DNA of 64,000 nt from Eledone cirrhosa (taxonomy: Eukaryota), in the NCBI GenBank assembly GCA_964016885.1, contig OZ024745.1:1364001-1428000 (forward strand), written 5' to 3'. Under the pieces are notes generated by a model. That model was not told the DNA's origin, ran no database searches, and saw only the letters and a program-made list of their open reading frames with translations. Numbering within the stretch: position 1 is the first letter of the stretch; each line of letters starts with the position of its first letter. The translations under genes were made by a program, and so were the position numbers. Below, one piece after another: positions 26,383-40,053 of this stretch.

Positions 26383-27300
26383 AATATAATAATAATAATA
26401 ATGAAATTAGTCTGGGGTTAAAGTAGTCCAAGACGTAATTTGTTCGGATCACTGTCGTTTAACCTCCAGTTTCCCAGCTAGCAAGGGCTGGACGGGTCGC
26501 CAGTAGACCGAAAGTTGAAGTACTGATTCCACTGAGGGCCGAGAGCATCCATATCGCTTACGTTGCTGTTCTCTGACTGGCGCCCCACCAGTCGCTAACA
26601 TCCTGCGTACTACCGAGGTTGACAAGTCTTCGTCACAACTGATGAGTCCTCCTTTCCTTGTGTTGTCGCATGTGTATATATAAAGACCCATTCGGAACAC
26701 AATTCCGGGGAAAGGTTGTTGCAGTTGGCCATGAATACCAGTCTTCTCTCTCTACACCACCAATGTTGTCTAAAAGAAAGGCAAATGGTGATACTGCTTG
26801 ACACCATTTCTACAGCTGAGTAAATTGAAGCAATGTGAAATAAAGTGTCTAGCTCAAGGATTATATAAATATGCTTTTGTTCTTCTTTCGTATCCATTTT
26901 ACACCGGTTATGCAAGGAAATTTTGGAGTTATTTCCCTTAGTTGTAAAAACTCAGGGTAGACAACTCCAAAAATATTGCAGTTGGCATACCTGTTTTAAA
27001 ATATATAGACTTAGTATTTGAATGGACCTGAAATGCAGGAGTATGTTTAGGTGGATGTGTGTGGGTGGGTATGTTTAGGTGGATGTGTGTGGGTGGGTAT
27101 GTTTAGGTGGATGCGGGTGGGTGGGTATGCGTGGGTGGGTATGTGTGGGTGGGTATGCGTGGGTGGATGCGGGTGGGTGGGTATGCGTGGGTGGATGTGT
27201 GTGGGTGGGTATGCGAATATAAAGAAATAAAATTACCCGTCGTTTAATGCTAGGTTAGTCACCGTTGCTGTGACGATGAAACCCGATTTTAAGTTGAGTA

Positions 27301-27705
27301 TTATATATTGCACCTATAAAGTTCCCCTTCGAGGCACAAGTCCAGGCAGGTTGTTTGTGAAAGACCAGTCTCCCCTCTCCACACCACCAATGTTTTCCAA
27401 GGGAAAGGTAATGGCTGGTACAGCTTGGCACCAGTGACGTCATAACTCATTTCTACAGCTGAGTAAACTGGAGCAATATGAAATAAAGTGTCTTGTTCAG
27501 AGACACAACTCACAGCCCGGCCTAGGAATCGAACTCATGACTTCACAATTGTAATCCCGACGCTACACACACACGCATACGCGTATGGATGCGCGTGGCT
27601 GAGTGGTTAGAGAATTGGGTTCGCAATCGTGAAATTGTAAATTCAATTCTCGGACTACGCGATGGGTTATGTCCTTGAACAAGACACTTTATTTCACGTT
27701 GCTTC
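27301..27705. mobile_element. two tRNA-derived SINEs head-to-head (27301-27565 minus; 27587-27705 plus)
   Basis: shared head/core sequence on opposite strands; another minus-strand copy at 26690-26860. Confidence 0.7.
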
Positions 27706-28029
27706 TTCTACCTGGATTTGCGACCAATAGATAGTATTAGCTATTGGAAATACCAATGGAAACATTGTCTACTCGGTCCGATTTGACGAAAGACGATCGA
27801 CTGTCGATATATATATATGTATATATTTATGAATTCCAACCTCACCAATGTCAGCTTTGTTTTCTTTACCTCCCAGACCGATACAATATCTACACACAAA
27901 GATGGCCTTTACTGCGAAGGTTAAAATGGTTTAGGCTTTGAGTCAGTATGAGAAACCAAGATCCTTAAATTGAACTAATTAGTTTGTTAAAATTTCATTT
28001 GACCAGATACAAGGTTAATTTCCGAAGGT

Positions 28030-28235
28030 AAGAATTGCTGGACAGATTTTACGTGCAAAACCAACCGACAGGAAGCTCAGGGATAGATCACGAGCAAGAT
28101 GGTTGAACAACATCTATGAACTTGGGTATCCAGCCGGATCAATTGAAGAAAGTTGCTTCTGATAAGACCTGTTCGAAGTGTTTGATAACTCTACCCCTAC
28201 GACCATCTCATGAATAAGTGGGCGAAGAAAAAGAA
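28030..28235 (+). mobile_element. RTE second-family 3' fragment
   Basis: homologous to 7500-7720. Confidence 0.7.
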
Positions 28236-29272
28236 GAGACCTGTATGAAGCGAGCATCGCATATTACTGGTACTTATAAAAGCTAATCTGTTTCTTCTAT
28301 GGATTCTTTACATGCTTTTCATAATATATTTATTTCACATTTAAGTGCGAGGCCATGAAATTTTAGGAAAGAACAAAGTTGATTAAATTAGTCTCAGTGT
28401 ATGACTGGTACTTTAAGGCAAGGTTGGTCTAGGTAGGATTGACACAATATATATTAATGTTTTCTTTTGCCGCGATAAGATAAGATTTGGTTAGTTGTCA
28501 TTCCAATCCAATCCATGGCCTTCTCACTTCTGTTTAGTTTTGATCATATCAGAGGTGTAGCCGTACTCACCATTATTGGCCAATTGTGGCTTGGTGGGGT
28601 TATTTAACACTGAGTTGTAAATTATTTCAGGGGAGATAAATACTTTACAAATACGTTTTACAATGTCTTGGTTTACTAGTAATTAAAAATCATGAAATAA
28701 TCTGCTGCTTGATTTACTTGAAATTGTTTATTATATACTTTTATGCTCATAAATATATTTTTTTTGTTTGTTTTTCATGTCCAGAGCTGGAGATATTTTG
28801 GCAAAATAATCTATAAATTATTTGAAATTTGTCAATCAGTTGCATTAGGAAAATTATCTCCCTTTGAGTAATTTACTTTCGAGAAGAAAACAAGATCGTC
28901 ACAATGTTTTTTTTTTTCTTTTTTCGTATTCTGTGAAATTACATAAATGAATAATCGTTAAATGAAATGAGGAATGTTATTATTAGGGATGTGACGCAGA
29001 TAAAACTAAAATGTTCGGTGGCACGACAAGGCTAATAATATTAACAAAATAATTGTAGAACGACGTACAAAAATATCTTCCAAAATATTGTTACGTCCTC
29101 GTTTGAAGTTCAATCGTTACCAGAGTCATCTTTTATCGTTCAGGGGTCGATAAAATACCAGAAAGGTTAATTTATATTCCTATATATGTAAATGGAATAA
29201 TAATAGAAAACAAAGCATAAAGATATTTTATTCCAAATATTTTGTTTTTAATCCCTTCGTTATTTCAAATAA

Positions 29273-29465
29273 ATAATTGTTTCTACTATTGGCACAAGGC
29301 CAGAAAATTACCCAGTACATTACTGGTACTTTATTTTATCGACCCCGTAAGGATGAAAGGCAAAGTTAACCTCGGCGGGATTTGAACTCAGAATGGCAAG
29401 GGCCGTAATTCTATGCGTCAAAGCATGGCATCCGAACCTCTACCGATACTGCCAATCCACCGCCA
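29273..29465 (-). mobile_element. Nin-domain-like SINE with target-site duplication
   Basis: flanked by duplicated ttcgttatttcaaataaataat (about 29256 and 29466). Confidence 0.85.
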
Positions 29466-30266
29466 TTCGTTATTTCAAATAAATAATACTACCTTTTATT
29501 TTCATATTATTTTTAAACAAATTTTCTCGTTTATAAAGGTTCTTATATAGATTATATGTCGAAATGTTTTTGATAAATATTAACATTTTAAAAGACACTA
29601 TTGTATTGTATAAGTAGTTTCAAGTAGTTTGGTGTCAAAAAGGTTAATATTTTTCTGCGAGGTATCGAAGCACTAATATGAATATATTTACCATAATCTA
29701 TTTGTACCATTAATTTTAGAAAAGAAAAATGATAGAAACTAATTCATTGATTCTGACATTGTCTGGCTTCTTGTCTGTAAGTCTCACAAATACATTTTGG
29801 CTGAATTCCATCTCTCTGTTCTGTAAAAAGCCGTAATTGGGTCAAATTATTTCTGTTTTGTTGGTTTATTTTCGTTCTAATGTCAGATATGCTGCTAGTA
29901 TGTAGTTTAAAGACAGAAAGACGTTAGGAGTTATTTTTGGTATATCTATTTTTAGCCTCCTCCTCATTCTTCCCTCATTTCCACAACCGTTGGAGTTACT
30001 TCACTCAGATGTCAGCTTGTCTAGTGATAACAAAGAAAAAGAAAAAAAGACGGTGGAGAAATAAAAGAGAGAAAGGGATCAGAATGGAAAGTAGATTTTC
30101 CTGTAGAAATGTCCATCGTACAAATTCAATAATTTTGGACGCAGTTTTGTTATTTAAGATAATAAATTGAATTGATAAACTAGAGATGGCTTGTGTTAGT
30201 AGGGATCAGATTTGAAATAATATTCCTCTTGTATCTCACACTGGACTTAATATTTAATTAACTGTA

Positions 30267-30445
30267 AAAGGTTGTCACACCTTATAAAGACCCGAAAGGT
30301 TTCTTTTATATTTCATTAAAGGTTGTCACACCTTATAAGGACCCGAAAGGTTTCTTTTATATTTCATTAAAGGTTGTCACACTTTATAAGGACTCGAAAG
30401 GTTTACTTTATATTTCATTAAAGGTTCTTATACTTTGTAAGGACC
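30267..30445. repeat. 51-bp tandem repeat, about 3.5 copies
   Basis: aaaggttgtcacaccttataaggacccgaaaggtttcttttatatttcatt. Confidence 0.9.
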
Positions 30446-30915
30446 TGCAAAGCTTGATTTTAAAGTAATCTTTCTTTGGGGGATATTTTTCGAGGAAAAA
30501 TAGAGAATGTAAAATTGATGAGCGTTTATTTAGTTTGCTGTTTCCTTTTTAATCTGTCCGCGTTTAGTTCGCCGTTTCTTTTCTGTTTTTTTCCACCTAT
30601 CTGTTATCTTGCAGTTTTCAGTTTACCTGTGTTTAGTTTAGTTTTCTTTTGTTTCTAATCTGTTTACGTTTTGTTTGCAGTTTTCTTTTCTTTTCCTGAT
30701 CGAGGTTGCTAAAAAAGTACCAGGCAGGTACTGGGTCAATTTTTCCTCTATAGCTATCTCTCTCTCTTTCTCTGTCTCACACACACACACTCTTTCTCTC
30801 TCTCTCTGTCTTAAACACACACATACTCTCTCTCTTCTTCTTTCTCTCTCTCTCTCTTTCACATAACCGATTTCTTCTAGAGAAGGAGAAAATGTATGTG
30901 TTCAGATCTTGAAAA

Positions 30916-31192
30916 GGGCGCCACCAGGTTTAAAGAGCGACATCCCCCCCCAGCGGCGCCATCAGGTTTAAAGAGCGACATCCCCCCAGGGGCGCCATCA
31001 GGTTTAAAGAGCGACATCCCCCCCAGCGGCGCCATCAGGTTTAAAGAGCGACATCCCGCCAGGGGCGCCACCAGGTTTAAAGAGCGACATCCCGCCAGGG
31101 GCGCCACCAGGTTTAAAGAGCGACATCCCGCCAGGGGCGCCACCAGGTTTAAAGAGCGACATCCCGCCAGGGGCGCCACCAGGTTTAAAGAG
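30916..31192. repeat. GC-rich minisatellite of about 39 bp, about 7 copies
   Basis: ggggcgccaccaggtttaaagagcgacatcccgcca. Confidence 0.92.
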
Positions 31193-31380
31193 CCCCAGTT
31201 GTCTCCTGGGGTCTCGGGTATTTCCACGCTTTGAAGACAAGATATCTCCCCCTAGAGCGTTCAATAACTGGGTAAGTTATTGGGAAAACGGAGGAGGGGG
31301 GGGGGGGAATAGAAGGGAAAAGGGACAAAAGGAGAAAACAGCGAAAAAAAACAACAAACTGAAGGCAAGAGAATCCAAGT

Positions 31381-31415
<35 letters not shown>

Positions 31416-31419
<4 letters not shown>

Positions 31420-31705
31420 AAGTATGACCCCGACGGCAGAGCTCAAGTCGTTTCGACGGCTATTTCTGGACTCTACTCTTTACTTTTTCCTAATTCCCAC
31501 TCTACTACTCTAAGTATTGAGTACTTTGGTGCGTTATGGTCCATCTGGTTCCTCACCACAATTCCTTTGTTATATATATATATATAACGAAGGAAATGTG
31601 GTAAGGAACCAGATGGACCATAACGCACCAAAGTACTCAATACTTAGGGTAGTAGAGTGGGTAATAGGAACGAGTGGGACCCCGACGGCTGAGCTCAAGC
31701 CGTTA
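31416..31705. mobile_element. TA-inserted Penelope-like fragments (aacgaagg family), inverted pair
   Basis: homologous to 47893-47995, 57829-57978 and 58907-59091; carries the 3' half of a hammerhead (GAAA cggct..agctg TC ggggtc). Confidence 0.6.
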
Positions 31706-32289
31706 TATACTTATATATATATATAAACAAAGGTTCTTGCATAAAATTATGATGTTTAGATAAATATAAACACTGCCTAGAAGGAAGGGCACCTTTATGT
31801 GGTATTGAAAGGGTTAACGAAACACATTTACCATTTACGATTATTTCCTTATCTCTCAGAACTGAGCTCAATTTCTAGAAGTCGCAATTCCATGTATTAA
31901 AGAGAAATGTTTGTGTCAAAGGAATGTGAAATTTGATGCTGGATTCTGTTAAGACGAAAATTCAACATTTGAACTCTACAGACAAATAAACGCGTGTTCT
32001 TGCACTTATCTATTCCATCAACATCATTATTATCATTATTGGGGAATTTTTTCATTGTTTCTTTTTTGTTACATCCTCTGATTTTGTTTTATTTACACGC
32101 AGAAATGCCCATTTATACCGTCCTGTGTTGTCCTTAATGTCTTATTTTGTGTAAACCCTTGTGGTTAATAAAGAAAGCATTATTATCATTATCATTATCA
32201 TCACCATTATCATCATCATTGTACCAGCAATGTACTGGGTAATTGCTGGCCTTGTGCCAAAAGTAGAAACAATTATTATTATTATTAAT

Positions 32290-33030
32290 AGCAGTGCTAC
32301 CGGGGAGCGTTGCCGGTTCGAGATAAACTCTACAGGCACGGAGGTGCTGTCAGCTGAGCCTGTCCGAGATGCGCGCAGGGCGACGAAACCGTCCTGCAAG
32401 CACTCGTTCAGTGCCCGAGCATTGCTGACTTGTGGAGCTATGTCGAACAGCTGCTGTCGCGTGTAGGACGGATCCGGTTATCGACTGAGTCCATTGTGCA
32501 GATAGCCCCGCCATCCTCCTTTAAAGAGGAGGAAGGGCAGGCGGTTTTCATCTGCCTGGTGGCCATGGCGAAAGAGATTGTGTGGTGGACAAGGTTGAAA
32601 GGGTTGAAGACGGACACTTTCCTCTCCAGCCAAACCGTGATAACTTTTTCAAGTTTCACTTGAAGAGGAAAATCAGGGTGGAGAGACAAGTGCTGCCTTC
32701 TAGTAAGTTTGTTGAAAGGTGGGTGGATGTGGCGAGTCTGGTCCGAGTGAACGAGCGCGCTCTGAGTATGCGCCTGTAGATTGAGGAGTGGGAAAACTGA
32801 GAGGGCGCTTGCCCTGGTGATCAGGGTGGCCGTGGTTTTTGTGTGGTTTTCGCCACGGGTGACTCTCGGAGGCGTTCCTCCTTTTTTGGGAATTTTTGTT
32901 GTTTGAATTTTTAAATTTGTTTTTACGTTTCTGTCTTGTTATAACTTTTTACACAACCAAAACCCACTTTGTATCATCCTGTACTGTTCTGTGCCGTCTC
33001 TAATGTTTTTCTTCATGTCAATAAAGAAAC
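32290..33030 (+). mobile_element. Tx1/L1-clade LINE 3' end
   Basis: ALPVRDKL...CPRCAQGDETVLQALVQC..ADLWSYV...AKEIVWWTR; ends in aataaa plus a simple repeat. Confidence 0.75.
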
Positions 33031-33129
33031 CATTATCATTATTATTGTTGTTGTTGGTGTTGTTGTTTAGTTCTGTTTCTCTGTTGCCGGGTTCAGACCT
33101 TGAACCTAGGGCAATAGATGTTTTTATTG

Positions 33130-34215
33130 TAGAAGACAGAGACCAGTGACCAGTAGAGAGACAGTCCACAAGGTGGGTGACAGGGAGATAAAATATAATA
33201 CCTCAGAAGACAGAGACCAGTGGCCAGTGGTCAACAGAGAGACAGTCCACAGGGTGGGTGACAGGGAGATAAAATATAATACCTCAGAAGACAGAGACCA
33301 GTGGCCAGTGGTCAACAGAGACGGTCCACAAGGTGGGTGACAGGGAGATAAAATATAATACCTCAGAAGACAGAGACCAGTGGCCAGTGGTCAACAGAGA
33401 CGGTCCACAAGGTGGGTGACAGGGAGATAAAATATAATACCTCAGAAGACAGAGACCAGTGGCCAGTGGTCAACAGAGACGGTCCACAAGGTGGGTGACA
33501 GGGAGATAAAATATAATACCTCAGAAGACAGAGACCAGTGGCCAGTGGTCAACAGAGACGGTCCACAAGGTGGGTGACAGGGAGATAAAATATAATACCT
33601 CAGAAGACAGAGACCAGTGGCCAGTGGTCAACAGAGACGGTCCACAAGGTGGGTGACAGGGAGATAAAATATAATACCTCAGAAGACAGAGACCAGTGGC
33701 CAGTGGTCAACAGAGACGGTCCACAAGGTGGGTGACAGGGAGATAAAATATAATACCTCAGAAGACAGAGACCAGTGGCCAGTGGTCAACAGAGACGGTC
33801 CACAAGGTGGGTGACAGGGAGATAAAATATAATACCTCAGAAGACAGAGACCAGTGGCCAGTGGTCAACAGAGACGGTCCACAAGGTGGGTGACAGGGAG
33901 ATAAAATATAATACCTCAGAAGACAGAGACCAGTGGCCAGTGGTCAACAGAGACGGTCCACAAGGTGGGTGACAGGGAGATAAAATATAATACCTCAGAA
34001 GACAGAGACCAGTGGCCAGTGGTCAACAGAGACGGTCCACAAGGTGGGTGACAGGGAGATAAAATATAATACCTCAGACAGTGGCCAGTGGTCAACAGAG
34101 AGACGGTCCACAAGGTGGGTGACAGGGAGATAAAATATAATACCTCAGAAGACAGACCAGTGGTCAGTGGTCAACAGAGAGACAGTCCACAAGGTAGGTG
34201 ACAGGGAGATGAAAT
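33130..34215. repeat. 79-bp minisatellite, about 13.5 copies
   Basis: cagggagataaaatataatacctcagaagacagagaccagtggccagtggtcaacagagacggtccacaaggtgggtga. Confidence 0.97.
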
Positions 34216-34593
34216 ATAGAAAAGATTGAAAGAGGAGGAAGACAAGGGGAAGTGTGTTGGTACACAGAAGTTACTGGAAGAGGGAGATAAAGGTGAAGTA
34301 GAAGACAAATTTACACATCTCCACCCTCTTCAGTTCTCAAACCAACAAAATAGTTTCGTTAACTTTATTTATTTATCTATTTTAATTGATATATTTTAGA
34401 AGTTATTTTCTTAAGAGATTCTGTTTATAGCGGTCGTCTTTTACGGTGTGTCAGGAGATATGGAGGACACTCCTCTCAATTTGTCTGTTTTTAGAGATGT
34501 GGATAGGGTGATAATTTCACACTTCTTTTACCAATCACATTTTCAAAGTCTGACAACTTTTACTCGCGTTTCCAGCACATGTATGTATGTATG

Positions 34594-35205
34594 TCAGTCA
34601 CCAGTTGGTGCTACTGGTAACATGTATCCCAGTAGAACCTGTCCCATGGTCGGGTCGTTGGCGACTAAACATTTCAACCCCACCAAGGTTTCTTGGTGAG
34701 GAGGGTGACTTTGGACATCCTGCAGGACTAAAAACAAAACCTGTCAAAAGGCAAAGGAGCTCTTAAGAGTCAATGGCCATCCAAAATCACCGGGAGAGAT
34801 GACTCCTTAGCCTTTGTCAAGGCAGAATTCTAGGAGAAGGAACACTCTGATATAACACCTGCAACCCTGATGGTATCCAATGATGTTGACTTGTTCTTCT
34901 TTTTGGTAAATATCATCTTGGTTAAGAGAGTAGGACTGGCTTTGTGCAGTGCCTTTGCTCACTATAAAAGCTTCACGGCACAGGCATTGCTTTATATCTG
35001 GAGATCTCTCTGCACTTGTCGTCACATGGTACCATGGGCCCAGCACTATGTGTCAATAATTGTCACAAGTGTAGTGTTTGTACCAGAGTTTTCAAGTCGC
35101 TGGCTGGACTAAAAAGTCACACTCGTTCAGTGCATCGGTAGGCGTTCTCCTACATGGATATAAAGTAGTGGCCGTACTCGAAAACGAGTTGGCAGCCACC
35201 ACCAT
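34594..35205 (+). mobile_element. (TATG)n-flanked non-autonomous element resembling a non-LTR 5' UTR
   Basis: tgctactggtaacatgt.cccagta start and ctaggagaaggaacactctga motif; homologues at 36023-36470 and 52588-52890. Confidence 0.55.
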
Positions 35206-35514
35206 GTATGTATGTATGTTCTTCTGGTTTTATAATTTCACAAAGTTTTACCAATAGAGAGAGAGTCGGTTTCTAACATAGACACAAGGCTCTCTCATTG
35301 GAATTTACACAACATCAACTAGGTAGATATGTCTGTATGTCTGCATGTGTAGATATGGATGTTATTGTATGTGTGGGATGTGTATGTTTTGAGTTGTATG
35401 TGTGCATGTGTATATGCTTTGCATCTGTACGTGTGTATATGCAGTTATTAGATGCCAATTTTTTGGAATATTTTACATATTTTTACTATTCCATTAATGG
35501 ATTGTACTTGTAAT

Positions 35515-35974
35515 TTCCTAACTAGTTGTGTTCTTTCTGTTCCTGTGAAGCCCAGCTTCTCAAGGTTTGTATTGAAGCAGTTACTAACATACCCCAGTGC
35601 CCCAATAATCACAGGCATAATCTGAAGGTGTAATCAGGGTGGAGTATCTGCAGATTTCTCATCAGTTCTGCATAAATATTCTCCCTTTCATTAATCTTTG
35701 ATATTATATTGGCATCTGCTGGGCAACTAATTTCCACCTCTGTGCATGCTTTCTTCTCCTTGTCCCATATCATAATATCTGGTCTGTTATGCCTGCATTT
35801 TATTGGGGTTTTTACTGGAACATTCCACCAGTACTCTTTCATATTATGTACATGGATGTCTTCCATATTGCTGTAGCTTTTAATGTGTTCATTATAGGGG
35901 CTATCTTTTTTTACGAACTGCATTTTAAAGTGTTTTCGCCACTACATCATGTCTCATAGGTAGATAGTACCGCG

Positions 35975-35975
<1 letters not shown>
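35515..35975 (-). mobile_element. R4/Dong-like LINE, restriction-like endonuclease domain
   Basis: SRYYLPMRHD...HNRPDIMIWDKEKKACTEVEISCP...ENIYAEL (RHD, PD, E, K/Y motifs). Confidence 0.85.
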
Positions 35976-36005
<30 letters not shown>

Positions 36006-36022
36006 TGTATGTATGTATGTAT

Positions 36023-36470
36023 GTGCTACTGGTAACATGTAACCCAGTACAACCTGTCTCATGGTCAGGGCGTCGGTGACTAAACGGGCAACCCCACCAA
36101 GCTTGCTCGGTGAGGAGGGTGATATTTGGACCCCCTGCAGGATGAAATACAAGACCCGGCAAAGGGCGGAGGAACTCAGCAGAGTCAACGGCCATCCAAA
36201 TAGTATTTTTTTTTTTCACCTGGGAGTGAAAGCCCCCTAGTTGTCAAACCCCTTTCTAGGAGAGGGAAACTCTGAAAAAAAAAACCTGTGGCTTCGGAAG
36301 CATCCGATGATGTTGACCAGTTTTCCTTTTCAGGGAGTGTTTTCGATGCTCAGAAAGTGGGATTTGTCGAGTGCAAGGCTTTCGCTGCTTACAAAAAACC
36401 TTCAAAGCCAGGCATTGCTTGTTCAGGTTGTGTTACAGGTTCGTGTGACTGGCCGTAGCCTAAAAGTGCA
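36023..36470 (+). mobile_element. (TATG)n-associated element, same family as 34594
   Basis: sequence similarity; ctaggagagggaaactctga motif. Confidence 0.55.
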
Positions 36471-36485
36471 CCAAGCTCTATAATT

Positions 36486-36526
<41 letters not shown>

Positions 36527-36739
36527 ATATATGTGTGTGTGTATGTATGTATGTGTATATTTGTGTATATATGTACATATCTGTGTGTGTGTGTGTGAAT
36601 ATGTATATGTATATTTGTCGTGGGTTCAATTCCTGAACTGAGTTGTGTTGTGTCCTTGAGCAGAACATTTCATTTCACATTGCTCCAGTATAATCACGTG
36701 AAATACCAGTAATATCTAAATTTTAACTCTGTGTTGGGC

Positions 36740-36955
36740 TGGCCTTCTTCTTCTTCTTCTTCTTGAGAGGGTCGTGGGGGAAGAGTCCTGAAACACTCCT
36801 TCCAGCTGATCCTGTCAGAAGCAACCGCCTCCAACTGATCCTGTTGGATCTCCAAACGTGACCAGCCAAGCTCATGGATGTTATCCAACCATCTTGCTCA
36901 TAGTATCAGAACTGTGATCTCTCAGTTCGGAGAAGTAGTGGCTCCACCTGGAGTT
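36740..36955 (-). mobile_element. RTE second-family 3' fragment
   Basis: WLDNIHELGWSRLEIQ...; (gaa)n tail. Confidence 0.75.
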
Positions 36956-37220
36956 AACTCTTAAAACCATTATTGCCAGATTGAAACATTTTATCTATAA
37001 AACAACATTGCCACGATTCCTGCCACAACACTATACAATACAACAATAATAATCTCTTCGAGAAGAAGATAAGACATTGGAGGTTTAGAAACATAGGCGA
37101 ACCTTAGTCTTTTTATGACCTTCAACATCTAATAAGAACATGTGGGTCCTCATTACACATACATACACATATATACATATACTCACACATACACATACAT
37201 ACCTAAATACATACATACAT

Positions 37221-37785
37221 CAAGAACTCCCTACCAAATATCTGCTGCACAAAAGGGGAGGGCCATCAGCTGACAATAAATGTAGGCTATGTAAAACAAA
37301 GATCGAGGATGTAAGCCACATCGTTGCCAGCTGCGAAAGAATGTCATCTCGCTACTACCCCCCCATGAGACACGATGGGATAGCTAGAACCATCTGGAAC
37401 GCACTTCGGAAAACAAAATTAACAACAAGCTGCCCACTTGATGTAAATGTTGTCAGAAAAATACAGGAGAAGGAGGACATCTACGGACCATTGATGAGGA
37501 GTTTACAAATCCAGTATCCAAGATACACCTTTAGCTTCATACCCATCATTATTGGAGCTACGGGTTATATACCAACCCGCTTGGACCAAAGTATGACTGA
37601 ACTTGGATTTGCGGACAAAGCGCAGCTCCCTAATTCATAGTCTACAAATGGCTGCGATAGCTGGCACCTTCAAAATTTGCAAAACATTCTTGCGATTCAA
37701 GGGATGACAATTTCTTTTACAACCTTGCCACCAGGAAGGTGGCCGGTCAAAACAAAATATACTCGAAATTAAGAGAAAGAGATAA
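37221..37785 (+). mobile_element. R4/Dong-like LINE 3' fragment in (CATA)n
   Basis: CRLC..EDVSHIVASC zinc knuckle, MRHD, EKEDIY; internal deletion; near-identical to 51997-52516. Confidence 0.85.
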
Positions 37786-37894
37786 CATACATACATACGT
37801 AAATACATACATACATACACGCATGCATTCATACGTAAATACGGACAACAGGATTGCATCTAGCAAGAAACGCTGTCTGTCTGTCTGTCTATCT

Positions 37895-38348
37895 GAGGTA
37901 ATATGGTGGACGAGGTTAAAAGGACTGAGGGCTAACACCTTTCTCTCCGGACAACAACTTATCCCCTTCTTTAAGTACCACTTCAGAAGGAAGGTGAGAG
38001 TGGAGAGAGAGGTGCTACACCCCAGTAAATTCACTGAAAGGTGGGTGAATGTGGCGAAAATGGCCCGAGTAAATGGGCCTTCTGTGTATATAAACCTGTA
38101 GGTTGAGGAAGATAAACAGAGGGAAGACGGGAACACCTACAAAACGTGTTCCTGGTGTTGAGGGTTGTTCTATCCACGGGGTGTAAAACAACCCCGCAGT
38201 AACGTTCCCCGCTATTGGGGATTTCAATTGTTATTTTATTATATATAGTTTATTGTTATTTATTAATGTTAAAGATTTTATGTAAAACCCCGCCGTCACG
38301 TCTTGTAATGTCTCATTTTTCTACGCCGCTGTGGCAAATAAAGAAATA
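37895..38348 (+). mobile_element. Tx1-like LINE 3' fragment
   Basis: EVIWWTRLKGL...FFKYHFRRKVRVER...FTERW, homologous to 32575-32780. Confidence 0.7.
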
Positions 38349-38569
38349 TATCTATCTATCTATCTTTTTACACACGCACACGCACACGCACACGCACACG
38401 CGCCCGCACACGCGCCCGCGCCCGCGCACGCACACGCGCCCGCGCACGCACACACACATATATATGTGAATTTATAAAATAAAAAGGTTGTAGAATTCGG
38501 AGGAATTATTAAAACTGCCCGATTATGTAAGAAAAACTACTGCCATTTCTGATAGCAGTAATTGGTCAA

Positions 38570-38927
38570 TAATAGTGCAGCTTCTACTGTAACTGGTGTA
38601 TATATATATATATATATATAGTGCAGCTTGTACTGTAACTGGTGTATATATATATATATATATATAGTGCAGCTTGTACTGTAACTGGTGTATATATATA
38701 TATATATATATAGTGCAGCTTCTACTGTAACTGGTGTATATATATATATATATATATATAGTGCAGCTTGTACTGTAACTGGTGTATATATATATATATA
38801 TATATATATAGTGCAGCTTGTACTGTAACTGGTGTATATATATATATATATATATATAGTGCAGCTTGTACTGTAACTGGTGTATATATATATATATATA
38901 TATATAGTGCAGCTTGTACTGTAACTG

Positions 38928-38963
<36 letters not shown>

Positions 38964-40019
38964 CAGCTTGTACTGTAACTGGTGTATATATATATATATA
39001 TATATATATAGTGCAGCTTGTACTGTAACTGGTGTATATATATATATATATATATATATAGTGCAGCTTGTACTGTAACTGGTGTATATATATATATATA
39101 TATATATATAGTGCAGCTTGTACTGTAACTGGTGTATATATATATATATATATATATAGTGCAGCTTGTACTGTAACTGGTGTATATATATATATATAGT
39201 GCAGCTTGTACTGTAACTGGTGTATATATATATATATAGTGCAGCTTGTACTGTAACTGGTGTATATATATATATATAGTGCAGCTTGTACTGTAACTGG
39301 TGTATATATATATATATAGTGCAGCTTGTACTGTAACTGGTGTATATATATATATATAGTGCAGCTTGTACTGTAACTGGTGTATATATATATATATAGT
39401 GCAGCTTGTACTGTAACTGGTGTATATATATATATATATATAGTGCAGCTTGTACTGTAACTGGTGTATATATATATATATATATATAGTGCAGCTTGTA
39501 CTGTAACTGGTGTATATATATATATATAGTGCAGCTTGTACTGTAACTGGTGTATATATATATATATAGTGCAGCTTGTACTGTAACTGGTGTATATATA
39601 TATATATATATAGTGCAGCTTGTACTGTAACTGGTGTATATATATATATATAGTGCAGCTTGTACTGTAACTGGTGTATATATATATATATAGTGCAGCT
39701 TGTACTGTAACTGGTGTATATATATATATATATATATATATAGTGCAGCTTGTACTGTAACTGGTGTATATATATATATATAGTGCAGCTTGTACTGTAA
39801 CTGGTGTATATATATATATATATATAGTGCAGCTTGTACTGTAACTGGTATATATATATATATATATATAGTGCAGCTTGTACTGTAACTGGTGTATATA
39901 TATATATATAGTGCAGCTTGTACTGTAACTGGTGTATATATATATATATATATAGTGCAGCTTGTACTGTAACTGGTGTATATATATATATATATATAGT
40001 GCAGCTTGTACTGTAACTG

Positions 40020-40053
<34 letters not shown>

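Noticed and set aside
30877-31264. GC-rich repetitive ORFs on both strands
   Set aside because: 39-bp minisatellite with frameshifting unit variants; no splice or homology support.
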